Part shown: in pieces, positions 12,823-27,100 of the stretch | How positions within the stretch are numbered: the stretch's first letter is position 1 | How the letters are laid out: each line of letters opens with the position of its first letter | Origin: Tubulanus polymorphus | Lineage: Eukaryota; Animalia; Nemertea | Direction: 5' to 3' | Assembly: GCF_964204645.1 (NCBI RefSeq) | Contig: NC_134026.1 | Coordinates: 6,347,950-6,411,949, forward strand | Length of the DNA: 64,000 nt | Program-made: the position numbers and the translations under genes | The notes under the pieces: generated by a model | Database searches by the model: none | Seen by the model: only the letters and a program-made list of their open reading frames with translations | What the model was told of the DNA's origin: nothing

Positions 12823-14082
12823 ACTTTGAGGGATGCGTCCAAAAGATTAAGCACAATCCCAGACAAATAAGTAGACTTAAGATCTACACACTGACAGGTG
12901 GTAGGAGGCCTGAAGCGCGGGGAGGGATGACCAAATGAAACCCCTCTGCAAAAAATCTAGATTTTGGCTTATTTTTGCACTTTCAAACGGAACCAAGCCA
13001 AACTGGCAAACATTACACGACAATGTAACTGTAACAACGTACATGTTTATTTTTTGTTCAAATAGTCAGACCTTCGAATCATTCAACTATCTATCAACAG
13101 AAATCATTCAGCAACCACCGATCTAAGCATAAAATTTTTTAAATCCATCTGGCAGAAGGCCGGTTCATGCGCGACGTACCATATAATCTATGTAATGACT
13201 TGAACTCGCGTGAACCACGGCACAACCAGTCACGTAGTTGTTATTTTACTATTTTACGCTCAGTTTTCAATATCTACTCGTCCAAATTCAATTAGGCCTA
13301 GATAAATTACCTGCAGTACACTGACCTTTCCATAGTTTATTCTTTCAAGACTATGTTTGAAGCCCCAGTGGCTAAAAATGGCCTCTACAAATTATTCAAG
13401 TAGGCCTACCTCTTTCCTTTCAAACTCGAAAGCGCTTCCTCGCGAAACTCGCCCGCAAAAAAACTAATATCCTAACAACACAACGATAGATACCCTTCTG
13501 CGCGAATCGTTGAAATTTGATAAGCCGTAAGAAATTGTTTCATATGCGAAATACAATTACATAACAGCTCAGCACGAACGAGAAAGATCAGAACAATAAT
13601 CAGAGGTTTGTAATGATGGTTTATTTATGAAAATCGGTCGGCATAGAACTGTGTAATGATGGTATAATAAGGGGTGAATTCAAAGGAATATCTAAAAATC
13701 ACCACGTGTGTCAAAGACGTCACGATAACGATACCGCACTGACACAAAGTTTCTTAGCAAAAAGTCCCCGCTAAAATTATCAAATCATTTAGTAGACTCG
13801 CATTCAGTTCCCATCCAGTTAAAAAAGAACCCACGTGCCTCATCTATGGTACAGCCATATGGGTGTGGGAGGTCGGATTACTTTTGCTATCTTTTTTTTG
13901 ATTTTGGATCCTTGTTAATATATAGCTAATGACAAGCCCGTGGACTATAAAAACGAAGCATCAGATCAATGCACGGTGATAATGTTCAATCACAGCTTTT
14001 GTTCACAATGTCAATGATACAATTAATTCATTTCCAAGTTCAAATGTTTTAAATTAGCTGATCAAGGAAATTACAAATCTCA

Positions 14083-14497
14083 GGCTATTTTTAAGACGCC
14101 GTAGACGGACAACATGGTTTCATTCTGATTGGCTATAACACGTCGCGCATACGCACTAAGGTGCGCGACTTAGAAAAATCAAGGCAAGTGTGGAGAATAG
14201 AGTAAGAGAAAATAGAGCGGACAGAGCGAGATTCGAACCCGGGCCAGTTAATTACTAGCGCAGCATCATATCACTAGACCACCGAGCTCGCTGTAAACCC
14301 GTTGAATGTTTTAACTACATATAGCCTCACCTTACCCTAATCCTATCCCTAGGGCCTAGGGGGTAAAACGGACCCTTACCCTAAACCGCACCCTCTTTAC
14401 ACTAATCCTCTCCTCTCTAGACCATAATCCTAAAATCAATATAAAACAGTCGTAAATATAGAATTTACGACCGCTTTACGACGCCGTAAATAAAGCC
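14083..14497 (-). mobile_element. Degenerate TIR element with CCCTAA-like tract and tRNA-Pro-like segment
   Basis: Imperfect ~23-bp TIRs (17/23). Minus-strand AGCTCGGTGGTCTAGTGATATGATG...CCCGGGTTCGAATCTCG (14219-14288) has A and B boxes; degenerate telomeric hexamers at 14330-14430. Confidence 0.5.
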
Positions 14498-15121
14498 ACC
14501 TTGTATAATAAAATTTCATTTGTATTCGATGATGATGATGGATTTGAATCTTACCTCAGATCTCTCTCTCTTCTTTTAGCCTTTTTAGCGATTCGACGGT
14601 GTTTCCTTTTTACCTGTATCCAAACTCTAACTCTCTGATCATATCCTCGAAGCTCTTAGGAAGATAAGGCGGGTACGATGACGATAGAATGCACAACATG
14701 TGAGTCTTTAATTAATGGGGTTTCTATGAGTGAAGTGACGCGTTACCGTAACTGGCTGCCGGTTGTTACTCGAGTGCGCGGCGTCGCCAGCTATTTTATA
14801 TAACAAAGCCCGTCCAGCTCTACAGTCCATAATCCGATATTTAGTGTTTATCATTGTATGTTGTATTTTCTTATCTTGAAATTTGTAACTTGTATTTTTT
14901 ATGTTTGTATTTGCTCATTTTAAAATTTTTCAAATCCATGTGAATTTGGGAATCTTATATGTAATGTTTAGCGTAAGGATCAATAAAGAATTGAATTGAG
15001 ACCATAGGTGGCGTGTATATCCGGTAGAGAGTAAATACCGAAATCGGACTAAAGTTTAAAGGAATTTCTACTCTTTATTTTGAATTTTATTGCTCTGCCC
15101 GGCTTTACCGTCTCGTAGAAA

Positions 15122-17387
15122 ATGTCTAAAACCAAGATTCTGTTATTGGGGCCGTGTGAGGTGAGTTGAACCACATTAACATCAAAATACATCCTTCAAT
15201 TCAAACATATCGAGATATAGTTATGCCAATACAATTCAAATTTTATTGATATATTTGCAGAGCGGTAAAAGTTACATCGCTAATTTCCTATCGGAAGCAT
15301 TTGAAGCAACAAGCGGAAACTATAGACCTACTCACGGTGTCAGGTAAATGTATAGACAATTTATTGATCAGGTGGAACTACTCCCTAAAATAAAAAGTCA
15401 TAAATAATCATAAACAATGACAATGTCAATACGATACGACTTCTTGTTGGCGGGTACTGTCAATTTTGCCTTCTTGGTTGGTGGTAGTACGTACATACCT
15501 GACGATAAGGTCTTGACTTAAAAGAACCTGAAATGAATGGACACAGGTAGCTATCAGTGTCAGAGAAAGCCTTGATCAGTTCAAAGCTTATGTTCACTGC
15601 CTAATCAGTGCTTATTAGTAGCGGTTAATCCTAAAATAAAAACAAAATTGCCTGTTCCCTAAAACTGGTACCGGTATAAACCATAAGCAGGTTAAAGTTG
15701 AGAAGAGTCGTCACATTCATTAAATAATCTGGTTTTTTCAATTCTATTGATAGGATTTTAGAATTTGAAGTCACCGGCGTCACAGTGAATGGTAGAATGA
15801 CTAGGAGTGATATAGAACTGTGGGATGTCAGTGGTGATCGCAGGTATGAATATCATGATCGTTTTTAACTAATTTTCAGCCGGATATTGATTCAGCCTCT
15901 GAAAGTGAGTTTGATGTTTGTTTTTGTAGATACGAAGCGTGCTGGCCGGCCGTAGCTAAAGATTCCAGCGCTATCGTGTTCGTTTATAATCCTGATGTTC
16001 GAACTCACGAACGCGAATTAGACTCGTGGTATGTTCATAGTTTCTGTACCTCTTGCACTTGGTCAGTGATTGGGTCTGTCTCAATGGTAGGAAGGGGTCA
16101 GTCTCCCTAGAGGTAGAGTTGGTCTCACCGGTTAGGAGTGGGTCAGTCTCACTGGTGGTAGGGAGTTGGTCTCAACGGTTAGGAGTGGGTCAGTGTCACT
16201 GGTGGTAGGGAGTTGGTCTCACCGGTTAGGAGTGGGTCAGTGTCACTGGTAGGCCTAGTAGGGAGTTGGTCTCACTGGTAGTTAAGTAGGGAGTTGGTCT
16301 CACTGGTAGGAGGGAGAGAGTGGGCTCTGATTCTCCTGACTAAGAACCAGATTTCACTGTCATGATGTTTTGATGTAGGCTAGTCCCCTGAATGAACATG
16401 GCCGATTTGCATAGTCATCAGTTAAGTCCAAAAATAGTCCAACCCGGTTGATCGTAGGACTGAATGAAGATGCTTTAAATATAAAACCTGGCTAAAAAAA
16501 TCATAGAACTGTTAGATTTGCTATATATATGGAGCCACAGAGGACATCAATAAGACTCACTTTGCAATAGCCTGTGAGTTAAAAATCCCAGGGTTGTTGA
16601 AGCATTTTTAGAATTTGGTCAAATTTCAGGTAAATTAATTGACAACTGCAGAAATGGATTTTTAATCCAAGTTTATTCTCACACAAAACATTTCTCCTAA
16701 TCGACACCCTGATCTTTCACTCTCCTCACAGCACCATGTATAGGCCTATATAACATGTCCTAACGCGATATATTTTAGCCGTTTTTAAAAGATTTATTGT
16801 TTACGGTAAGAATCTTGATCTATTTTATCTCAGTCATTATCATTTGCTGTTGAGTTTTAAATATAATCTTTTTTTCCATGTTTTTTTTAGGCACACACAT
16901 TTCGCTCAGGATTTACGTGATACTCAGTGTATTGTGTTCGCTCATCAGAAACCCTCAGCTCCGGCTAGTAAACCAGATATTTACTTGTGTAAGTAGCGAT
17001 AACCATCAGCGTTAAATTCCTCAAAATTTGTTCAAGTTAAACATCAAGGCTGTCGTATTTAGTGAGAGGCAAGGGGGGGGCTTTTTTGCAAATTTCATTG
17101 TTATGCACTTTAAAACTACCTCGATGGGAAAGGTGGAGCCAGGACTTCTAAATCAACTTCTGACTTCTGCAGGTACACACGTCTCTATAATCGTTGGTTT
17201 ATATTTTGTTTTTGATTATTTTTCAGCCGGTGCTTTCAGCAAAATACCGACAGTCATCACTAATTTAGAAGAGGACCCGGACGCTGTTCGAATTGAATTC
17301 ACTAATTTCCTCAGTCGATTGTTGAGCGCGATGTCGGAAAAACGTGAACAAGAAGAAATCAATATCATGAACAGTCGTGATCTGTAG
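15122..17387 (+). CDS. IFT22: Intraflagellar transport protein 22 (RABL5)
   Basis: Six exons: 15122-15160, 15261-15343, 15754-15843, 15930-16028, 16891-16988, 17227-17387, all GT-AG and phase-consistent. Protein MSKTKILLLGPCESGKS...PTHGVRILEFE...ELWDVSGD...CWPA...NLEEDPDAVRIEF...REQEEINIM matches IFT22. Confidence 0.96.
16075..16312. repeat. ~47-bp G-rich minisatellite in IFT22 intron 4
   Basis: AGTTGGTCTCACCGGTTAGGAGTGGGTCAGTCTCACTGGTGGTAGGG repeated at ~16117, 16164, 16211 plus degenerate flanking copies. Confidence 0.85.
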
Positions 17388-18118
17388 AAAACTAGTTTCT
17401 AATGAATAATAAACTGTTTAGAATCCGTCCAGAATCTCGAGTACTTGAGTGTATGTTTTAAGTTATCGTATCATCATCAAATAAAATAATCAATAAGCGA
17501 TTTTGTTCTTTAGAGTTTTTATTTTGTGGTTTGAGGAATCATTGGAAGATATTGAAGGTGATTTATCAGTGTTTAATGTGCTGATAAATCCCATCCTTGT
17601 ATCGAACTGTAGACTCTGCCCAAGTCAGAGCTGATCATCTTGGATAACTGATCAACTGAAATATTTTTAGTGACACTATGAATACATAACTTCCGACTCG
17701 GATAGTACTCAAGTCGGACGCATTTTTATTTCCAAAAGATCTGACTAGAGCGAAGTCTACTGAATGTTATTCAAGTGTGATTTGCTACATTTATGATCTC
17801 TGCTCTATGGAAAATATTTCATTCTAAAACCCTAACAAAATAACACTTCGATCTCAAAAAATTTTTATTTTATTCTCTTTCGCAAGTACAAAGTCTACTC
17901 CTAAAGTGTTATTTCCAGAAAAAAATCAGTATTACTGAAGTTGAATATCTTAATGAATGATATACAACCCGAGCCCAGGTCGTAGTTTAATTCACTAATA
18001 TGAATTTACAGCAGAAAAATATGAAATCATAACTGTATTACTCGACAGTGACAGAATGATGAAGGCAGATCTATTATATTCATTAAATAGTCAATAGAAT
18101 TTAAGTAAGTGTAGTGAA

Positions 18119-21100
18119 TTATTTTGGACAATATCCAAGGTAGACTCGTTTATGAGACGGTAACGAAAACCAATTAACCTTCACACGATTGATCGACATA
18201 TCACGAATACAACCGTTATAATGACGATTATCAGTGGCTGAGGCGCCTTGTACCGAATCTGAAAAACAAAACAGAAATAACCTAGAGAGGACGAGTTCTT
18301 TCTGGAATTTCGAAATATGTGAAAATCCGAAGTAGTCAATAAGGGTTTGGGAAGTATTGAGAATATCATTATGCCGTGAATGGACAATTTCAAAAGAATT
18401 GAGACTAACCTGGATGACCACCGATATATAGAGGTTGATTGGTAGCTAATCTCTGCGATGAACCTTTATCTATTCCTACTTTCACCGCTTGATCATCAAC
18501 TTTAAGCGTTACTAAATTACGAATATATTCGGCTTCCACTTGATGCCATTTGTTATCACAAAGCGGTACGTCTTTATGAGACTCGGCCGAGTAGACTCCA
18601 TCTCGGTTATGAGCGCTGAATCGTAGCTGCAAATCAGAGAAAATCAATCAGTTCAATTGACAAATCATGCTATGATACCTAAATATAACACAGTGCGGGC
18701 AGGAGTGCTGTCATCAGGGCCAAGAAAAATATGGCATTATAATGAATTTGGTGTTATAGAAAATGGTATATTTATTGAGTTTGATTAGATTTGGTGTGTT
18801 TGTTACCAAAGGAATGTTGGTGTTGTGAGCACTGGTACTGTATTAAAAAGGATTAAAAGGATGCTTTGATGTCATGTCAAATTCCTTGATACTCGGAAAG
18901 AACTTACAAGTCCATCGACTAGTTCTAGTGTAAGAGCCGGGCTACCAGACGGGTGGCTAACAGTTAAAAGAATTCCTTTTTTCTGATGAGTTCGGAATTT
19001 CAGTTCTATCAACATCGTTGAACCAACTGTGAATGATCTCTCTACAAGAATACATAAAAAATCACTAAAACAATATCAGATTGTCAAACTACGATGAAAT
19101 CATAGTTCTTACATTACAGTAAACCTCACAGTCTTAACTCCCACAAAGCCAACTCATGACTAACTCAGACAAAAACTTATTATTTCATGATTTCCTCTGA
19201 TCTCATTTTTCAGGACAGTTGTGAGTAGATATACTTTTAACTAGTTAAAACATTGAAAAATAACCAATTTTATCTAACAGTTAACTCTAACTCAGAACTG
19301 TGGAACTCAGTAATTTGCCAGTTAGATGATGTTTTATACTGTATTATTACATACCATAAACAGCATAGCTTTTTCCGGAGAAATAAGCACCGGGTTCAAC
19401 ATTAGCATAACACTGTGTTACATCATCATGAGTGATCAGTTCCCGATAATTATTATCGATACGGAAATCTCGAATGCATCCTCTTAGATATTCTAAATTC
19501 TGTAAATGAGCAAATACACGCGTTAAGTAAACTCATGAGGTGTCACAAATATCACCAGAGAGGGGTACACTTTGACAGGAGCACTGGGAAATGAAAAAGG
19601 GCTAACTGTTAAAAAGGACCACACAGAAGTATCCTGAGCAATTATGCTGTGAAACCATAATAAGGGTCCAGACAATTTTCAAATGTCATCGCATTTGAAT
19701 GTTATTTCTAGGCAAGTGAGTGACATTAAAGAGAAACATGAAAGAAAAATTGCTCAGAAAAATTGCTGTCTTTTTTTGAAAGGGGACAAATATTACAACA
19801 GAGCTGCCGTGCAGATCTGCCCCTGAAATTTGTAATGTGTTGATTCGATATCATATCATAGACTTACGACATCAGTTTTAATGAATTTATCAGCGGGTAC
19901 ACCTCCGATATAAACAGGTGACTCTACTGCGAGTCTGCGACCGATTACACCGCGTGTGTAAGCTCCTCCATCCAGCTGTAACTTGATAATCTTACGCTTC
20001 TTACTCAGCCACATCTGAAATAAACAACACATAGATTTTTGATATAATTCCTAAGATACGTTATCATCACTCATTTAGGCAAACTCCCAAAACTGCAAGA
20101 TATTTTATCAATTGTAGGATTGTCATCCTATTTACGAGTACATGCAGATATCCCCAAGTCCAGCCTCAGCATTACTTTTTGTTAGCTAAAAATCTCATAT
20201 ATTTGAAAATGATTTGAAAACATTCAAATTCAGAAAAATTGCTAAGCAGTTATTTGTTTTCTCATAAGTTATTCCAATAATTCCCTAAATTCATCTGTGG
20301 ATATTATCATCTAACATTCTCATGTGGAATATCAATACTCTACATTAAATATAACTGAAGAAAACATCAGTTTAAACCTAAAGAAACTTAAAGAATCTAG
20401 TTTCATAGGCTGAGTATCCTGTAGTTCTTCCTGGGAGTATATGGCCAGATACGATCTCGCCAAATGCCTATAAGAAACACTTACAGAATGCCATTGTCCG
20501 TCATTGATATTCTTAGTAGTAATAGTTAAATTACTCGATGCTCCATCATTGAGAAACGTTAACATAATCCGTCCATCCAACAAATAAACTCCGATATACG
20601 ACTTCTCATCAGCACTAGACATATACATCATCAAACCATTCGGATTCAAAGTTCTGAAATCCCACGTCATGTTAAACTGTCTCTGAATTACTTTCTTCGA
20701 TGCCTCATACAAAGCGTAACTACGTTTAGAGTTGGCAAAGTTGTAAGCGCGACTGACGTTTCGCGGAGAAGGAACTTCGGCGCATTGGACCGTTTGAGGC
20801 AGAGTCGGCTGAAACAATATCACTTACAATAATAGAAACATTTCAATCATGTTTGTAGCCTACAGGGTTCACAATGGGAGTTAAAAGCTGAGAACTGAAA
20901 ACTTCACCTACATTTTTCATGAAAAGACATTGAAGAAAAAAAGGAGGTGGAGGTGGAAGTCACAAAAGCATCATATGTAGTAGATGCTCTTTCTAGACAA
21001 TGTTCCCAAAAATGTCTCAGATGCCATGTGGACAAGCATTTTTCGGAGCACCCTGAAATTCTCCATTGGGTCTGGTGCCTAATCAGTGAAATCATGCACT

Positions 21101-24100
21101 AGGCTATACAGTATATTTGACAGTGAAGATAGTTTTAAGTCCATTCAGTGAATTTGGATAAGTATTGAAACCATGGTGAACCCTGATCTAACTGAATATG
21201 GTTTAGATGAGTATTTACTAGAGCTGGTGCTGCCGTTCTTGGTGCAAGTGTTGTAATCTTCTTTTCTGTGATTCTCGCTAACTTTTCACCGGATATTTTG
21301 ACGGTGCATCTGCCGATGTCGGCTCTCTCGAATGATTTAGGATTGTTCACCGGCAGATACCTGTTAGAAATGAATCATACTTCGTTAGAGAGATGTAGTC
21401 AAAATATTGGTTAAACTCACTGATTGTGTATATATACATACGCTCCATTGATAACTAGATTAGCAACGCATCCCGTGAATGCGAGGAATGTTGGAGCCAT
21501 ATCATTGGTCAGATTCACTAAGTTGCCAGGGACTCCTCCCATGTACAAACCGCCAGCTCCGTGTACGCAGATCTTTGTTTGACCTTTCGGAAATTGTGCG
21601 CTGTCTACTTTTTCGTCGTCGATTACCAAATCAATGCTATAAAATGATAATGATATTTACGATAAAAGTAACAAGGACATTAAAGACAAAGTTAGAAGTG
21701 AAAAAAATCTTCATCGGGTTGAATCATAGGGATTAAAGTGAAAACATGTAACTTTTGTTGAGTTTTTTCACTTTTGAAGATAAAAATCAAAAAGTAAGGA
21801 AATAGTGTCCGAGGATGAGGATTTTCAATTTTGAAGATAATCACAATACATGTACAAAGAAATAGTGTTTGAGGATGAATCTACCAATACATACATTCTC
21901 CTGTCCTTAACAATTGCGATGCTGTGCATTAATCCATCGTTGTAGGTTTTAGTTGATATCAGTTTGTGAACGCCCTCACCACGGCTCAATCTCGCTTCAA
22001 TTTTACCATCAATCATCGAAAACGAATAGAAATCCTGAAATAATCAATAAATTCATGATATATTGGGTCTTCCCCAAATAGCAGGTCAGTCAAACCTTGT
22101 TAGGTCATCATTGAAGTGTTCTGAGTCTCAAATTGTATTTCTAATTCAATTTGCAAAGTGTAAGTCGTCACATTACTGACATCATATCTATGGTTGATTT
22201 CCAATTCTGTTTCTAGTTTATCGCAACTAAATGAAAGTCATCTTTTCGAAAGTCAACATAACGATCATCACAACTATGATGACCTAAGCGAGTCTGACTT
22301 TCTCTTACACTTATATATTCATGAAGTCTTACGTTAGAATGTTTTCCAGATCCTTTAGAAAACAACATTAAACCGGTGGCGTATCTAGTCTTCATTGAAA
22401 ATGAAATATCTGCATCTTTCTTCAGTTCAACACTCGCCAATTCGAGATAACCCTGTCCAAAGAATCCACTAACACGGCCCTGGAAGCAAAATTCATCGTT
22501 TTACAACAAACCTTGTGCTAGACTTCATAGACTGGTAATCAAATTCACCCCTTGAGGTAAATCCTCAATGCGGGTGACAACAGCCAGGGTTTATTGTGCC
22601 CCCATATCTATGAAACTGAACCCTGATTACGATTTCAATTCGAAATTGTTTAAAACATTTACATTGAATTGACATCCTGCAGCTACTCCGAGATACTGTC
22701 CACGTAGAATATTGTTCTGAGCAATATCTCCTCGTGATCCGACCTGTATACGTTTCAAACAACCCAGGAATCCTACAGTCGTTAAATCCAACCTGAAATA
22801 TCGAATTCGAAAAGTTTCCTTTTTAAAGAAAAACAGAAAATTTATCATAGTTACGGGGTTTGATAGTCAGTAACCTGTCTGAGGTTTAATTTGATGATCG
22901 TATATTTTCAAAATCCTCGTAAGTATAAGCCCATCCGATTATGAAAGCTTACCACCAACGATAAGGTAACTAACTACCGGGGTTCGAGTACTTGGACTCA
23001 TACCTGGCTATAGTATCCTCCAGTGTAGATGGAACTCCACCAAACATTATTTGATTTTCTTTGATATTCAACAGCGTAGCTCCTCCAACTGGAGCTGAAC
23101 CTCTTACAATTTCTTCTCCGACTTTCATCCAACCTGCGAATGAATGAACATAAGTTAATAGGCATTGCATTGATGACTGATGTTTCCTCTCATTTTGCTA
23201 CACACCTCGTAAACCTTCTCTTCTAGCTATAATCGCAATCCATTTGTTTCTGTTATATTTCTCCTTCGTTTTAAGAATTCCGAGATTCTTTCCTTCGAGG
23301 TTGAACTTGAATAAAACGTGTCCTTCACGCATTTCAATCGCCACATAGTCTTTCTACAAGAATAACGAAGCCGTTTTGAAATATCTTTCAATAACTCCGA
23401 GGGAGGTTTAGATATGAATAAACAAATGAATTCCTTACAGTATCGGGATTGAGTGACAGAAACAGTAAACCATCTTCCCAGAACGTTTTGATTTCGAGTT
23501 GAATTGAATATTTGCGGTTTGTAAATCTGGCAGCTGGAAGCTGTTTCAAGGCTGCGTATCCAGCACCTGAAAACCTGAAACTATCCAGTGACGGGACGGA
23601 TACAGGTCTGGAAAATAAGACATGTATTTATGGTTAAGTAATGTATGCTTCATGCAATACCAGGGCCCGGTTTCATAGACTGAATATTAAAGTTATCCCT
23701 AGGGGTAAATCCTCAGTCAGGGTGACCACCACCACAGTAACAATGAGAAACCATGATTGTAACTGACAAATTTCAAAACATTCCTGGTCCCGGTTTCATA
23801 GAATGAGTATCAAAGTTATCCCTAGGGGTAAATCCTCAATCTGTGTGACAACCACCATAGTAACAATGAGAAACCATGGTTATAACTGAAAAATTTCAAA
23901 ATATTCCCAGGGACTATTTTTCTTCCACATCTATGAAACCCAGCCCAGCAGTAAGGGAAACTATGATTTTTGCTAATTTTCAACATCTACTGATACTCAC
24001 GCAGTGACACACGCCTCACATTGGTTCTCACTCAAACTTGTGGCCGTTTCTTCAAAATTCCACAGTCCGATCGGATGATCATCGAACTGAGCTTCGGCTA

Positions 24101-27100
24101 AACATCCGATAAAATTACCAGACTCCAGTTCTGGAGGAAGCTGCCAATTGAAACAAACAACTACAAATAGTTACAAATAATAATGTGCCCGTAAACATTT
24201 CAATTTTGACCAAACCTACGTCGAGATTAGAAGGTTTTCCGCCGAAATACAGCAATGAAGTGCTATTCATATCAATTCTAGTGTTATAAGGGTTAGATGT
24301 ATTCATAACGCTTTTCGGTAGTTCAACATCAGACATCTTCTTCACTGATAAATCACCAACTGTTCCAGATCTACCAAAAGAAAAAGGATCAATTTACTGA
24401 TAGCTGATTCACTGGAAAAAATCCCCAAAACATCTGAAAATTGCTACAGTTTCATTTCAGTAATTAGACTTAATGAGAGGGTGGGAAGGTAAGTGTAAAT
24501 AAGTAGGTACCTTTGAGCGACAACTCTATACCATTTATCATCTTCTTTCCCAAAGTTCTGTTCATTATCAATTTTCAGCGGATGCGTCACCATACTCGGT
24601 CCACCACCGGCATTCCATCCAAACCGCACAAACCCATCCCGCATATCCAATGACAGATAATCACCATTCTACAAAACAATGAAGGATATCAATGGGAGAC
24701 AAAGTGCTCGATAATAACTAACTACTTAAAGAAGAAAATGTACGAGATGATGAAATACCTTTCGAGCATAGAAGAGAAGCATGTTAGCGTTGGTTGTATT
24801 CGTTTTGAAACTCAGACTGATTGAATTCGATGTGCTTGGCGATGACATTGATTTAAATGAGCGAATGCAGTTTCCACTTGATGACAATGAAACCTTTATC
24901 TGTGGATAGAATGATACATCGTCAGCTGCATAGATTTCATAAACTTAATGAGCCTTTCCATTCAACTTTTTTACTCTTATTCACTCAAAATTAGAAGATT
25001 CACAGAGTAGCTGTGTTAACCGGTATATAATAAATGAGTAGTACTATATAGGTTTACTATTTATTTGATGCACGAGCTTTTGTTACTATAATGAACAAGC
25101 TTCAGCAAGTGAATGATGAAGCTTCTACTTGTCTCATCATTTATTCAAAATTAGAAGTTCATTTCCAATACTTCAACTGAATCTTAACCAATGACTATGG
25201 AACTGCAAAGTTCTGAATTTGACTCAAAGTTTGTCTAGTTCAAGTGTAAGGACTGCGATGAACTCACATTATTAGCCTCTTGTCTCGCTCGTTGTATGCT
25301 GTCCTTCAGTTTACGAAGATCAGCTTCAATCCGTCTTTGAGTTTGTTTCATTGCTGATAAACGCGATTCCAGTTTCATTGTAGAGTTGATCACTTCCTGA
25401 GCTTGTTTGTGACCAACTTCAACTATCAGCAGAAAAATAGTTCCATTAAACAAGGTTTACATATCTTTCAGTTTATTTTAAGATAGATTCAACTGACCAT
25501 CTTGTGGAGCGGTTCCGAGATTCACAGCTTTTTGAGCTTGGTATCGTTCCATTTTCTTCACTAGAATATCCTCCACAAATGATTCAATGTTTGACGCAGC
25601 TTGTTTTGTTGTTAAGGCTGAATTCTGAGCTTCGCCAATTCTGTCGCTAGTTTTCAGTATCGCTGAATTCAGTTCTCGAACTACAAAAAATCAAATAAAC
25701 GAAACGTTGACTGTTATTGACAAGATATACAGTTGTAAGGTTGATTTGATCAGGAGGAACCCGAATATGATGGTTGAATCAGATTAGGAGAGAATCCCAC
25801 AATGATAATAAAAAGTCCGAAAATGAAACTTCGAGATAGTAGTTTATTTCAACGTTTCGACTATATCCTAATAGTCATCTTCAGGAATAATGAGATACTA
25901 CAGAAATTATGAGATATATATACAATCCAGAGACAAAGAGACTAATTCAAGTAATCAGAGATGATACAAACTAAAGGAAAATTAACGTAGAAACAGTTAC
26001 ACGCTAAAAACGTTTCACGTTATTGAATCAGATTCTCTGGTGTTTGTAGTTACCCTGATCCTCAGCAGTCTCCATTGATCTCATCACACCTCGATTCTTA
26101 CGTCTCACTTCTAACATCAACTCGTCGGTCTGCCTGACCTGAGACTCTGCCGCATCCAGACGTAGTTTATCACCTACATAAAACACATGATACGTATTTA
26201 CAATATTCTAATGAACAATTCAAAGAATGATCAATAGATTCACCTTCAACTTTGCTGTTCAAACCTTCTTCTTGTTTTTTCAATGATTTGCTGTTATTCA
26301 AAATTCTTTTTGCTTCTTGGTCAATAATTTTCCCATTTAACATCATCAACTACAGCGATTTATAAGCGAAGACAGTGAGTTCTATGAACTAGAATCTGAT
26401 GTTTGCTTCATGGAGAGGATTGTTTTAACTTACGACACGTCGAGCATCCTCAGCAGCTCTTGTAGCATTCACTGATGCCGCTAGTGATGTATTGATGGCT
26501 TTGATGATGTTCTCATATACGGTAGCAGCTTTTACCGCATCAGCTGAGGCCAAACGTGTTCCAGCAAATTGTCTACAACGAATGACTTCAGGTCTCAAAA
26601 ATGGATTATGTTATGATGAGGGAATTTTTCCGATTTCCTGAACTTACTTTTCGAGCCTTTTAGCCTGTGCTGTTAAAATCTCATTAGCGTGAGCTAGAGC
26701 CTTTCGCACTTTAGGCTCGACTCTCGGGTTGTTCTGCATGAGAAGTCCAGTCTTCAGTTCTAAATCTTTGAACAGTTTCAGGAGTTCATTGCGAAGTCTC
26801 GTCGCTCCCTGGAGATAAATTGAACGAAAAACCCCAAAATTAGGTTGAATGTTGGGCAATTTTCTGAAGCTTAAAGCTGAAAAATTCACCTGATAGTCAC
26901 TTCTACCAAAGTTCCACAGCAGTTCAGTGGAATTTTCATTGATGGCCATAGTTCGCTGGATTCTTTTATTTACATCTTGTACAGCAGAATGGACAGTGCT
27001 TCTTAACGACTGAAAAATAGTGATCAATACTGATAGTCCATGCTTCCTTACTCTCCTAAATCTAAAAACTCATCTTTACTAACCTTAACTTGTGAATGTT

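Noticed and set aside
14219-14288. Possible tRNA-Pro gene (also tRNA-like 10206-10272)
   Set aside because: A and B boxes are present but acceptor and anticodon stems do not pair; embedded in repeat elements.
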